The notes beneath the pieces are model-generated. The model was not told the origin of the DNA, ran no database searches, and saw only the letters and a list, made by a program, of their open reading frames with translations. A program made the position numbers and the translations under genes. A stretch of 21,653 nt of DNA from a bacterium (GTDB taxonomy: Bacteria; Hinthialibacterota; Hinthialibacteria; Hinthialibacterales; Hinthialibacteraceae): the NCBI GenBank assembly GCA_041946805.1, contig JBHGBC010000102.1, forward strand, positions 1 to 21,653. The letters run 5' to 3'. This document shows, one piece after another, positions 7,574 through 16,338 of this stretch (within the stretch, counting starts at the first letter, position 1; each line of letters begins with the position of its first letter).

Positions 7574-8989
7574 ATGAATCCTAGTCGTAAATGGAACCGG
7601 CGTTTGTTTTTGCGTGACGCCTCTCTGGGAGCGTTGGCCGTAGCTGGCGCGTCTGGCTTACCTGGATTCACTCATGACCGTCCCCGGCTGCCCAACGTGG
7701 TGATCCTCTACGCCGACGACCTGGGCTACGGCGACGTGGGTTGTTACGGGGCCGCGGATATCCCCACGCCCCACATCGACTCTCTGGCCGGCTCGGGAAC
7801 GCGTTTCACCACCTGGTACGCCAGCGCGCCGGTTTGTTCGCCCTCCCGGGCTTCGCTCATGACCGGCCGGTATCCCCAGCGCACCGGCGTGGCTAACAAC
7901 GTGGAGGCGGGATTCCATGTCCCGGGCCTCAAACCGGACGAAATCACCCTGGCGGACGCCCTGAAACCGCTGGGCTTGCGCACCGGGCTGATGGGCAAGT
8001 GGCACCTGGGCGGCGCTCCCGAATCCCGGCCGGACCGGCGGGGCTTCGATGAATCGTTCGGCTTCCTCAATGGCTGCGTGGATTACTACTCCCATATTTT
8101 CTATTGGGGCGTGAAGGGCAACATCGATCCCATGCACGACCTTTGGCGGAACGGCGAGGAGGTCTGGGCCAACGGGCAATACATCCATGACCTGATCACC
8201 CAGAACGCCGTGCGTTTCATCCAGGAGAACCGGGACCGCCCCTTCTTCTTGTATGTCCCCTTCAACGCCCCCCACTATCCCATGCACGCGCCCCCGGAAT
8301 ACGCGGAACGGGTGCGGCATATCCCGGATCCCCACCGCCGCATACAAGCCGCCATGGTGGCCGTGCTTGACGATGGCGTGGGACGCGTTCTCGAGGCGCT
8401 GCGGGAAAACGGCCTGCGTGAAACCACCTTGGTCTTCTTCATCAGTGATAACGGCCCCTCCCGCGAAAGCCGCAACCTGCTGGATGATTCCCGCGAAGCC
8501 TACCGTGGCGGAAGTTCCGGACCGTTCCGGGGCGGCAAGGGAGGACTGTTCGAGGGTGGCATCCGCGTGCCCGCCATGATCAGCTGGCCGGGAGTTGTCC
8601 CTGCCGGGCGGGTGAATACGGAAATCGCGTCCACGCTCGATGTTTTCCCCACTTTGCTCCACTGGTTGGGAGGAAATCTGCTCCAGAACCGCAAAATCGA
8701 TGGGAAAAACTTGCTTCCGGTGATCATGAATGAGGAAAAATCCCCACATGATATCTTGTTTTGGGGATTGGGCAATCAACGTGCGGCGCGGTGGGGGAAA
8801 TGGAAACTGATCCTCGATCCCCAATTGGATTTTTCCCATAAAGCCGGCGAGCCGCTCCTGTTGCATGACCTGGAAGCCGATCCGGGAGAGACCGCCAATC
8901 TCGCCCGCCTGCATCCCGATATCGTGGAAGAACTGAAAAACCAGATCACCGCGTGGGAAGCGGACTGGAAAGCGGAAACGGGAGGGTGA
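7574..8989 (+). CDS. Tat-exported formylglycine-dependent (S1, arylsulfatase A-like) sulfatase
   Basis: NRRLFL twin-arginine signal. Motifs PNVVILYADDLGYGD, CSPSRASLMTGRYP (CxPxR), GKWHLG, SDNG and FEGGIRVP. Confidence 0.95.
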   Translation: MNPSRKWNRRLFLRDASLGALAVAGASGLPGFTHDRPRLPNVVILYADDLGYGDVGCYGAADIPTPHIDSLAGSGTRFTTWYASAPVCSPSRASLMTGRYPQRTGVANNVEAGFHVPGLKPDEITLADALKPLGLRTGLMGKWHLGGAPESRPDRRGFDESFGFLNGCVDYYSHIFYWGVKGNIDPMHDLWRNGEEVWANGQYIHDLITQNAVRFIQENRDRPFFLYVPFNAPHYPMHAPPEYAERVRHIPDPHRRIQAAMVAVLDDGVGRVLEALRENGLRETTLVFFISDNGPSRESRNLLDDSREAYRGGSSGPFRGGKGGLFEGGIRVPAMISWPGVVPAGRVNTEIASTLDVFPTLLHWLGGNLLQNRKIDGKNLLPVIMNEEKSPHDILFWGLGNQRAARWGKWKLILDPQLDFSHKAGEPLLLHDLEADPGETANLARLHPDIVEELKNQITAWEADWKAETGG

Positions 8990-8996
8990 GGAACGA

Positions 8997-9245
8997 GGTC
9001 CTGTTAAGTTTTTCCAAAGGAGCCTAAGAAAACGATATGCAATGGTTTACCAGATGGCACGGATATACTTTAGAGCGCTCTTTCAGGGCTTCCCTCACCC
9101 TAACCCTCTCCCAGAGGGAGAGGGAATCAATTACTTTGACCACAACCCAGGGCTTACGCCCGGGGCTTTGCCCCTACCGCGCCGTTGGCGCTCATAAATC
9201 CGTATTGCATTCTGTTAATAGAAATTACGAAATCTTAATAGAACC
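8997..9245. mobile_element. MITE-like non-autonomous element, copy 1 (degenerate TIRs, 249 bp)
   Basis: Left end GGTCCTGTTAAGTTT, right end AATCTTAATAGAACC. Internal block CTTTCAGGGCtTCCCTCACCCTAACCCTCTCCCAGAGGGAGAGGGAAT is nearly identical to the reverse complement of the 20-kb copy. Confidence 0.75.
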
Positions 9246-9248
9246 TGA

Positions 9249-9295
9249 AGCCCCGGAGAGGCGCATTTTAATTTAGCCAGGGGTACAAACCCTGG
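9249..9295. repeat. REP-like double hairpin adjacent to the MITE
   Basis: AGCCCCGGAGAGGC-N-TAGCCAGGGGTACAAACCCTGG has the same pattern as the reverse complement of 3088-3140 (GCCCCGTAGGGGC-N-TAGCCAGG...CCTGG). Confidence 0.6.
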
Positions 9296-9433
9296 CGCGA
9301 GCCGTGGCGCACTGCCCTCTCCCTTTCCATCCCCTCTCTCTTTCCGCAAGATATACTAATCCATACTTCCCGGTCATTCTCTTGAACTTCCCGCGCCGGG
9401 CCAAGCAAATTATCCGGTTGATGACACATATCC

Positions 9434-10537
9434 ATGTCCAAGAAAAGTGTTCTTCTTTTAATGAGCGGCGGGGTGGACAGCAGCGTCGCCGGCGCCTTGC
9501 TGATCCAGGATGGCTACCGCGTCGTGGGCGTGACCATGAAGCAACTCGACCTGGCGCCGGGCCAGGAAGTCCGCGGCGGCTGCTGCTCGTTCGGCGATGT
9601 GCGCGACGCCAAGCGCGTGGCCGCCTCCCTGGGCATCGCCCATTACACCATCAACACCGCGCCCGAATTCCGCCGCCGGGTGATCGATCCCTTCATCCGC
9701 GCCTACGAGGCCGGCCTCACGCCCAATCCCTGCGTGCGCTGCAACAGCTTCGTCCGGTTCGAGGAAGCCCTCACCCTGGCCCGGCAATGGGATTGCGAAT
9801 GGGTCGCCACCGGCCATTACGCCCGGATCCGCCTGGATGAACCGGATTCACCCCGCCTGTTCCGGGCCGTGTTCCGCGAAAAGGACCAGAGTTATTTCCT
9901 CTATGGCATCCGGCCGGAACTGCTCAAGCAGGTCCGGTTTCCCCTGGGCGGAAAGACCAAGGAGGAAGTCCGCGCCATCGCCCGGGATCTCGGGCTGGTC
10001 ACCGCGGGCAAGCCCGAAAGCCAGGAGATCTGCTTCACCCTCGGACGTTCGTACAACGAGTTTCTCGCCCAGTGGATCGAAACCCGCGAAGGCCCTATCC
10101 TCAACCGGGCGGGCGAAGTGCTGGGCACCCATCCGGGAGTGACGCACTATACCGTCGGCCAGCGCCAGGGATTGGGATTGAGTGGCGGTCCGTATTACGT
10201 GTGCGAAATCGACGCCTCCCGGAACGCGGTGATCGTCGGGCGACGCGAGGACTTGGCGGTTCGGGATGTGTCCGCCATCGCTATACGCTGGATTCATTCC
10301 CCCCGTCCCGGAGAACGCGTCTTCGGCCAGCTGCGCTCCCGCCATCAGCCCGCTCCCGCCACGGTTGTGCATCTGGATGAAGGGACTGTGATCCTCCGTT
10401 TTGACGAATCCCAATACGGCGCGGCGCCCGGCCAGGCGCTGGTGGTCTCCCGGGAGGATGAAATCCTGGGCGGCGGCATGATTTCCCCTCCAAAACACAA
10501 AACGGACCCGGGCGCGCAACCCGGGTCCGCCGGTTAA
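9434..10537 (+). CDS. mnmA: tRNA 2-thiouridine(34) synthase MnmA
   Basis: MSGGVDSS PP-loop, TPNPCVRCN, ATGHYA, KDQSYFL, KPESQEICF, YTVGQRQGL and PGQALV. Confidence 0.98.
   Translation: MSKKSVLLLMSGGVDSSVAGALLIQDGYRVVGVTMKQLDLAPGQEVRGGCCSFGDVRDAKRVAASLGIAHYTINTAPEFRRRVIDPFIRAYEAGLTPNPCVRCNSFVRFEEALTLARQWDCEWVATGHYARIRLDEPDSPRLFRAVFREKDQSYFLYGIRPELLKQVRFPLGGKTKEEVRAIARDLGLVTAGKPESQEICFTLGRSYNEFLAQWIETREGPILNRAGEVLGTHPGVTHYTVGQRQGLGLSGGPYYVCEIDASRNAVIVGRREDLAVRDVSAIAIRWIHSPRPGERVFGQLRSRHQPAPATVVHLDEGTVILRFDESQYGAAPGQALVVSREDEILGGGMISPPKHKTDPGAQPGSAG
10490..10528 (-). terminator. Probable intrinsic terminator of the PPIase gene, embedded in the mnmA 3' end
   Basis: Perfect 9-bp stem GGACCCGGG-N7-CCCGGGTCC (10504-10528), followed on the minus strand by GTTTTGTGTTTT. 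Confidence 0.55.
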
Positions 10538-10555
10538 ATCCAATAAGTTCAAGAC

Positions 10556-11695
10556 TTACTGTTTCAAGGAATTGGGATCGATCTGGATGTTCATATCGCT
10601 GGGGACGGCCGGGGCTTTGGCCGGCGCGAACTTGGCTTTCCAGGCGTCTTCAGTGACCACGGTTTCGATTTTGGCCGTCTCGCGCAGTTGGGCGATGTAG
10701 GCCTTGTGAGTCTCCGCCTGGACTTTCTGATCGAGGTAGTCCTTGATTTTGTCCTTGATTTCCTCGTACGGATACGTTCTCTCGGCCTGATGCTCCGACA
10801 CCTTGCAGATGTGGTAGCCGAACTGGGTCTCGAACACGTCGCTGATTTCGCCCGGTTTCAGGGCGAAGGCCACTTTTTCAAACTCGGGGACCATTTTGCC
10901 ATGCGTGAATTGGCCCAGGTTCCCGCCTTGCGCGGCGCTGGGGCAGTTGGAGAATTGCTTGGCGGCATCCTCGAAACTGATCTTGCCATCCACGATGTCC
11001 TTGCGGATCCCTTCCAGTTTGGTCTTCAAGGCGGCTTTATCGGTCTCCGCCGGTTTATCCCCGAACTGGAGAAGAATATGCGAGGCGGTCACCGTCTCCT
11101 GCTGTTTCATCTTGGAGACGTTCTCGTCGTAGTATTTTTTGACCTCTTCTTCCTTGGTCTCCGCCGGCTTGGGCGCCTGGGTGTTCAGCACTTTGGAATA
11201 GAGCAGATCGGGGCTTTCCTGGATGCGTTTGCGGATCTCGTCCTCCGTCACCTTTTGCTGCGTGAGGATTTCCTTATACCGTTCTTCCGAGGGGAATTGC
11301 TTCTTGAACTTTTCGTATTGCTTTTCAATGTCTTCCTTGCCGATCGTGATGTTTTTCTCTTGCGCCACGCTCTTCAGCAGCATTTTGGAAATCAGGCTGT
11401 CCAACGCTTGCTTGTACATTTGCGGCTTGATCTGCGGGATGAGCTGGGCGGGAATATTCTGGCCCAGGTTTTGAATCAGCATCTCGATTTCATCGTTCAT
11501 TTCGTTTTCCGTGATGTTGATTCCATTCACCTTGGCGATCACATCCCCACTCCCTCCCGCCGGGGCCGCCGGCGCTTCCGGGGCCGCGGATTCCTGAGCG
11601 GGCGCCGGGGCGGATTGCACCTCGGCGGCGTACGCTCCCGTTATCGATAACGCAATAAGAATCAGGACAGACCATACGACTCGGGTACGGAACAT
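10556..11695 (-). CDS. SurA/PrsA-family parvulin-type peptidyl-prolyl isomerase (exported foldase)
   Basis: Signal peptide ending AYA-A, VIAKVNG chaperone domain, and parvulin motifs VTASHILL, FEDAAKQFS, GGNLG, MVPEFEKVAFALKPGEIS and TQFGYHI. Start placed at ATG 11695 after AAGGAG. Confidence 0.95.
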   Translation of the reverse strand: MFRTRVVWSVLILIALSITGAYAAEVQSAPAPAQESAAPEAPAAPAGGSGDVIAKVNGINITENEMNDEIEMLIQNLGQNIPAQLIPQIKPQMYKQALDSLISKMLLKSVAQEKNITIGKEDIEKQYEKFKKQFPSEERYKEILTQQKVTEDEIRKRIQESPDLLYSKVLNTQAPKPAETKEEEVKKYYDENVSKMKQQETVTASHILLQFGDKPAETDKAALKTKLEGIRKDIVDGKISFEDAAKQFSNCPSAAQGGNLGQFTHGKMVPEFEKVAFALKPGEISDVFETQFGYHICKVSEHQAERTYPYEEIKDKIKDYLDQKVQAETHKAYIAQLRETAKIETVVTEDAWKAKFAPAKAPAVPSDMNIQIDPNSLKQ

Positions 11696-11809
11696 AATAA
11701 ACCTGTTCTCCTTAGTGGATGGATTTAAAAGAACTGTGCCCATTCGCGGACCGCGGCACCATCAGGGAGGTCTGGGAGGGTACAATCAGGTACGCGCGAA
11801 GATTGTTTC

Positions 11810-11837
11810 AGCTTAACGAAAAGAACCGCAATGTCAA
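11810..11837 (-). promoter_or_regulatory. Sigma70-type promoter for the PPIase gene
   Basis: TTGACA (11837-11832) - 16 nt - TAAGCT (11815-11810). Confidence 0.6.
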
Positions 11838-11868
11838 GACAATGGCGGCACTGCGGGGAAAAATCCGC

Positions 11869-11901
11869 CCGGGTAGCCACGGCTACCCGGCGTGATATAC
11901 T
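11869..11901 (+). promoter_or_regulatory. 22-bp palindrome followed by an extended -10 element upstream of aroB
   Basis: CCGGGTAGCC-AC-GGCTACCCGG (11869-11890), then TG-A-TATACT (11893-11901). Confidence 0.5.
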
Positions 11902-11933
11902 GGTTTCCACTTTGGGGGTGATGCAAGGAACCG

Positions 11934-13043
11934 ATGAGTGGAGTGAAGACTGTATCTGAAATATCCGTTGGTCTGGGCGAGCGCGGGTATACGATCTCCG
12001 TGGGTCCCGGCCTTTTGGACCGGGTGGGTGAACGGGCGCGGTCCCTGGGCTTCGAGTCCCCCGTGCCCATCATCGCCGACAGCCAGGTGGCCCCCCTTTA
12101 CGGGGACCGGGTCCGGCAATCCCTCGAGCAGGCCGGATTCCGGTCCGAAGTGTTGGTGTTTCCCGCGGGCGAACCGGCGAAAACCCTCGACACCGTGGCC
12201 CGCCTGTACGATGGGATGGTCCGCCTGCGGCCCGAGCGCCGGAGCGGCCTGGTGGCCCTGGGAGGCGGCGTGACCGGTGATGTCGCGGGATTTGTCGCCG
12301 CCACGTATTTGCGGGGAATCCGGTTCATCCAGGTCCCCACCACCCTTCTGGCCCAGGCCGACGCCAGCGTCGGCGGCAAGGTGGGCGTCGACCACCCCGG
12401 CGGGAAGAACCTCATCGGCGCGTTTCATCAGCCGTCCGCCGTTCTGATCGATCCCACCACCCTGCGCACCCTCGACGCGCGCCAGGTCCGGGCGGGACTG
12501 GCCGAAGTGATCAAGCATGGCGTCATCGCCGACCGCGGCCTGTTCGAGGCGGTGCAAGAGCAGCTCCCCCGCCTGCTGGCCGCCGACCTGGAGACCTACT
12601 GCCAGATCATCCCCTGGAACTGCCGCATCAAGGCGGATGTGGTTCAGCAGGACGAAAGAGAGAGCGGATTGCGCGCCATCCTGAATTTCGGCCATACCAT
12701 CGGCCATGCCGTCGAGGCGCTGACCGGCTACGAGCGCTACCTGCACGGCGAAGCCGTCGCCCTGGGCATGGTGGTCGAAGCCCGTCTCGGCGAGGCTTTG
12801 AGAATCACCCCCGCATCCGTCACGCGGGACCTGGAAGCCCTTCTCCGCCGCGCCGGCTTTTCGCTGGACCGGCCGGATCTCTCCGGGGAAGCCATGGTGG
12901 AAAGCATGTTCCGCGACAAGAAGGTCGAAAAAGGCCGCTTGCGGTTTGTTTTCCCGGCCGAAATCGGGAAGGTGGTCATCCAACCGCTGGAGGACCCGTC
13001 CCGCGTCCGGGAAATATGGGAGAAATACGCGCCCCTTCCGTGA
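11934..13043 (+). CDS. aroB: 3-dehydroquinate synthase
   Basis: GEPAKT, ALGGGVTGDVAGFVAATYLRGIRFIQVPTTLLAQADASVGGKVG, GKNLIGAFHQP, AEVIKHG, ILNFGHTIGHAVE and HGEAVALGM. Confidence 0.98.
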   Translation: MSGVKTVSEISVGLGERGYTISVGPGLLDRVGERARSLGFESPVPIIADSQVAPLYGDRVRQSLEQAGFRSEVLVFPAGEPAKTLDTVARLYDGMVRLRPERRSGLVALGGGVTGDVAGFVAATYLRGIRFIQVPTTLLAQADASVGGKVGVDHPGGKNLIGAFHQPSAVLIDPTTLRTLDARQVRAGLAEVIKHGVIADRGLFEAVQEQLPRLLAADLETYCQIIPWNCRIKADVVQQDERESGLRAILNFGHTIGHAVEALTGYERYLHGEAVALGMVVEARLGEALRITPASVTRDLEALLRRAGFSLDRPDLSGEAMVESMFRDKKVEKGRLRFVFPAEIGKVVIQPLEDPSRVREIWEKYAPLP

Positions 13044-13062
13044 TTTCCGGTGGTAAAATCCG

Positions 13063-13091
13063 TTGACTTTCCACCCCGGATGGGCTGTAAT
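13063..13091 (+). promoter_or_regulatory. Sigma70-type promoter for the PEGA-lipoprotein unit
   Basis: TTGACT (13063-13068) - 17 nt - TGTAAT (13086-13091). GGAGA RBS precedes ATG 13112. Confidence 0.6.
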
Positions 13092-13111
13092 GATACGATT
13101 GGCAATGGAGA

Positions 13112-13498
13112 ATGTGGCGAATGGTGAAAATCGCGCCGTTACTTCTTTTGGTCTGCCTGGTTGAGGGTTGCTATTCAACCGTGGTCCGCGTGGAATCCAA
13201 TCCTCCCGGCTCCACCGTGCATTACGATTTCCAACCCAAGGGAGTCACCCCGGTCGAATTCGAAACCGATTGGATGGGGACTCACAAATTGACCCTCGAT
13301 CATCCGGACTACGGGCGGCGGGAAGAGTTCGTGGAACTCCAACCCAAACCCTACACGCGGTTTCCCCTGGATTTTTTTGTCACCATTCTTCCCTTCAAGG
13401 TCGTGGACAAACAGACCTTTACGTTTGACCTGACGGAAGACGTCACGGCGAAGATGGAGGCCAGGAGCGATGAATCAGAGGGGGCGGAACCGGAGTAA
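13112..13498 (+). CDS. PEGA-domain putative lipoprotein
   Basis: Signal with LVEG-C lipobox-like site. VRVESNPPGSTVHYD...KGVTP...GTHKLTLDHPDY matches the PEGA pattern. Confidence 0.8.
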   Translation: MWRMVKIAPLLLLVCLVEGCYSTVVRVESNPPGSTVHYDFQPKGVTPVEFETDWMGTHKLTLDHPDYGRREEFVELQPKPYTRFPLDFFVTILPFKVVDKQTFTFDLTEDVTAKMEARSDESEGAEPE

Positions 13499-13874
13499 TT
13501 ACGACGAGTATTCCGGCGGCAGCAACATCTTGTTTACCTTGGGTTTGATCAGTGTGGTGGCCCTGCTGGTCGTGGGATTCGTCATGACCCAGGGCGGTAT
13601 CGGGTCCCTTGCCGACAAAGGGCTGACCAGCATCTCCCTCAGCCCCACCCCCATTCCCCTGCAGCCCACGCCGGCAGCCACTGCCATGCAAGTCAACTCC
13701 CCTTCCGGCGCCCAGATCCGGGAACAGTACGAGAAGGAAATGGCGCGGCAGAAGGATATGTACGAAAAGCGGATCGAGGAGCTCCGGAAGACCTACGAGA
13801 CCCAGATCACCGATTTGAAAACCCAATTGCAATTGCTGGATGACGAAAACAAAATGCTGCGGAAAAGGAAATAG
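13470..13874 (+). CDS. Hypothetical single-TM protein with Pro/Thr linker and C-terminal coiled coil
   Basis: ILFTLGLISVVALLVVGFVM TM helix, SPTPIPLQPTP linker and charged heptad tail. RBS AGGAG. Overlaps the upstream gene by 29 bp. Confidence 0.8.
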   Translation: MNQRGRNRSNYDEYSGGSNILFTLGLISVVALLVVGFVMTQGGIGSLADKGLTSISLSPTPIPLQPTPAATAMQVNSPSGAQIREQYEKEMARQKDMYEKRIEELRKTYETQITDLKTQLQLLDDENKMLRKRK

Positions 13875-13877
13875 CCG

Positions 13878-14927
13878 ATGCCGTATGTTTTTGGTGTGGA
13901 TGGCGGCGGCACCCGGAGCCGCGCGATTCTGATGACCGACCGCGGCCGGGTGGTCTATTACGGCAAGGGCCCGGGACTCAATTATCATGACTCGGGGGCC
14001 GGGCCGGTGACCGCCACCATCAAGCGCCTGTTTCAGGATGCCCTGCAGGCCGCGCATGGCCGCGCCGAAGAATGCCTGGGCATCTGCCTGGGCCTCGCCG
14101 GCGTGGGCCAGGAACAAGACCATCAAGTCCTGCGCCCCCTCTTTGATGATCTATTCGGCAAGGAATCGTACCTGCTGACCAGCGACGCCGAAATCGCCCT
14201 CGTCAGCGGCACCCTGTCCGAATTCGGCATCATCGTCCTCGCCGGGACCGGCTCCATCATCTTCGGCCGCAACGCCAAGGGCAAGGAATGCCGGGTCGGC
14301 GGCTATGGCTCCCTCCTTTCCGACGAAGGCAGCGGTTTCCGTATCGGCCTCGAAGCCCTGCGCGCCATGGTCCGGCGCCAGGACGGCCTGGGCCCCGCCA
14401 CCGCGATTGAGCCGGCGGTGCTGGCTCACCTGGGGATGAAACAAGTCAGCGAGATGGTGAATTGGATCAACACCAAAACCGCCACCCGTGAGAAAATCGC
14501 CGCCCTCGCGCCCATTGTCGTGCGCCTGGCCGGCGAGGACGATCCGGTGGCCGATGAGATCCTCAACCGGGAGGCGGACGCCCTGGCTTTGGGTGTCGAG
14601 TCCGTCCACAAGCGCCTGGAATTCACCGAGCGCGTTGATGTGGTCCTCGGCGGCGGGGTGTTCAGCGAAGCCTCTTTCTACGGCCAGATCGTCCGCCGCA
14701 AGATCCAGTACCTGCTTCCCGGCGCCAACGTGACGCCGCCCCGCCTCGAGCCCGTGGTGGGCGCGGCCCTCTACGCGCTGTCCATGGCCGGCATCGCCGT
14801 GGATGACGACATCCTCGACAACGTCCGCCGCACCACCCGCGACTCCACCCAAATGTCCCCCGTCCCCACGGCCTCTACCGAAACCGCACCGCGGGAACCG
14901 GTACCCGCCCCCGAAGGGGAGGAGTAA
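13878..14927 (+). CDS. BadF/BadG/BcrA/BcrD-family ATPase, N-acetylglucosamine/amino-sugar kinase-like
   Basis: GVDGGGTRS, GLAGV, SDAEIAL, LAGTGSI, RVGGYGSLLSDEGSGFRIG and VVLGGGVF. Confidence 0.9.
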   Translation: MPYVFGVDGGGTRSRAILMTDRGRVVYYGKGPGLNYHDSGAGPVTATIKRLFQDALQAAHGRAEECLGICLGLAGVGQEQDHQVLRPLFDDLFGKESYLLTSDAEIALVSGTLSEFGIIVLAGTGSIIFGRNAKGKECRVGGYGSLLSDEGSGFRIGLEALRAMVRRQDGLGPATAIEPAVLAHLGMKQVSEMVNWINTKTATREKIAALAPIVVRLAGEDDPVADEILNREADALALGVESVHKRLEFTERVDVVLGGGVFSEASFYGQIVRRKIQYLLPGANVTPPRLEPVVGAALYALSMAGIAVDDDILDNVRRTTRDSTQMSPVPTASTETAPREPVPAPEGEE

Positions 14928-14966
14928 ATCAAGTCGTAGCGTGTAAATGTCGAGTAAGAGGGCCCC

Positions 14967-16226
14967 TCACCCCGCGGGGATGGGGAGGGCGGAGGCCAGC
15001 GCCGTGGCGAGGTGGGTTTGCGTCATGTCCCCCTTGCGGAGAATGGCCGACGCCTTGGTCCGCAGTTCGCGCGTCTCCTCCGCTGACAGGTCCTTGCCGG
15101 TGATCACGACAATCGTGACCTGGTTCCCCCATAATTCCTGGCAATATTGAATCACCCGCTCCCCATTGATTTCCGGCATGAGCAGGTCCACCACCAGGTA
15201 ATCGGGCCGGTGCTCGGCCAGATGGATCATGGCGTGCAGGCCGCTGTAGGCTTTTTGGACCTTGTAGTGGCCCCTGTGCTCGAGATAATCCCCTAAAATT
15301 TCCACGGTATAGGGATCGTCGTCGACGATCAACACCGAGGGGGCTTCGGCCGGCACGTGGTTGGCTGATTCCGGCCCATCCGCCAGGACTTCCGCGCCTT
15401 CGGGCGGATTGAATGCCGCCCCGGGCTTCGGCCTGTCCGCCGCACCCGTGAGGGAAGGAAAGAAAAGAGCGAACGCCGTTCCCTGCCCCGGCTCGCTCTC
15501 CAACTCGATGGAAGCATCCAGCAGCCGGATCAACCGGTGCACGATCGCCAATCCCAGACCCGCTCCTTCCTGGCGCCGGTTGGAGTAGGGATCGCCCTGC
15601 CGGAACAGTTCGAAGATGGCTTCCCGCTGATCCGGTTCGATGCCGGGGCCGCTGTCCGCGATCCGGATTACACCTCCGGTGTCCTGGGCGCGGATTTCGA
15701 TCTGGATGGCGCCGTGGTTGGAGAACTTGATGGCATTGGACACCAACTGGCGGACAATTTCCTTGACCTTGCTGGAATCGGTGACAATTACAACGCTCCG
15801 CCGCGGATGGGTGATTTTCAGTTCGAGCCCCTTTTCGTCGGCCAGGACCTGATACTCTTCCAGCACCTCGTTGACGGCTTCCACCAAATTGGTGCTCTCA
15901 TGAAAAACCGAGATCACTCCCGCTTCCAGGCGCGAGAGTTCCAGGAGTTGATTGATTAAGGTCAGGAGGCGGGTGGAGTTGCGGTCAATGCGCCTCACTG
16001 CCTTGTGTTGTTTTTCGTTCAGCGCGCCGTAAACCTCTTCTTCCAGCATGGAGTTGTAGCCGATGATGGCGTTGAGCGGTGTCCGCAGCTCATGCGAAAT
16101 CATCGCCAGGAACTCGGTGCGCAACTGCTCCGCCTTCTCCAGCCGGTGAATGATCTCCTCCGCGCGGCGGCAATCGCCGGTTTCAAAGGCTGACCGGATT
16201 TGATTTACGATATCCTCGGATGCCAT
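14967..16226 (-). CDS. Soluble hybrid histidine kinase (HisKA + HATPase + REC) with no evident sensor domain
   Basis: H-box ISHELRTPLNAIIG, N-box LVSNAIKF, G1 DSGPGI, F-box IFELFRQ, G2 GAGLGL, and REC motifs VLIVDDD and VDLLMP. Start is ATG 16226 or TTG 16235. Confidence 0.93.
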   Translation of the reverse strand: MASEDIVNQIRSAFETGDCRRAEEIIHRLEKAEQLRTEFLAMISHELRTPLNAIIGYNSMLEEEVYGALNEKQHKAVRRIDRNSTRLLTLINQLLELSRLEAGVISVFHESTNLVEAVNEVLEEYQVLADEKGLELKITHPRRSVVIVTDSSKVKEIVRQLVSNAIKFSNHGAIQIEIRAQDTGGVIRIADSGPGIEPDQREAIFELFRQGDPYSNRRQEGAGLGLAIVHRLIRLLDASIELESEPGQGTAFALFFPSLTGAADRPKPGAAFNPPEGAEVLADGPESANHVPAEAPSVLIVDDDPYTVEILGDYLEHRGHYKVQKAYSGLHAMIHLAEHRPDYLVVDLLMPEINGERVIQYCQELWGNQVTIVVITGKDLSAEETRELRTKASAILRKGDMTQTHLATALASALPIPAG

Positions 16227-16338
16227 AATCCCCAACTCGAACGATTAAGGTACTTTCAGTATACCGAACAAACCGGGTGGATCAAATTGCCCGGGGAAAA
16301 ATCGGAACGGAACGGGATTTCCCCCGGTATCCGGGCCG

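Noticed and set aside
7658..8914. 418-aa minus-strand ORF, and similar long antisense ORFs over aroB, PPIase, GH32, oxidoreductase and BNR genes
   Set aside because: Each lies opposite a gene with clear family motifs and has no recognisable features itself.
9037..9276. 79-aa ORF containing SLTLTLSQRERE
   Set aside because: This is a translation of the BoxC-like repeat inside the MITE, a common source of spurious ORFs.
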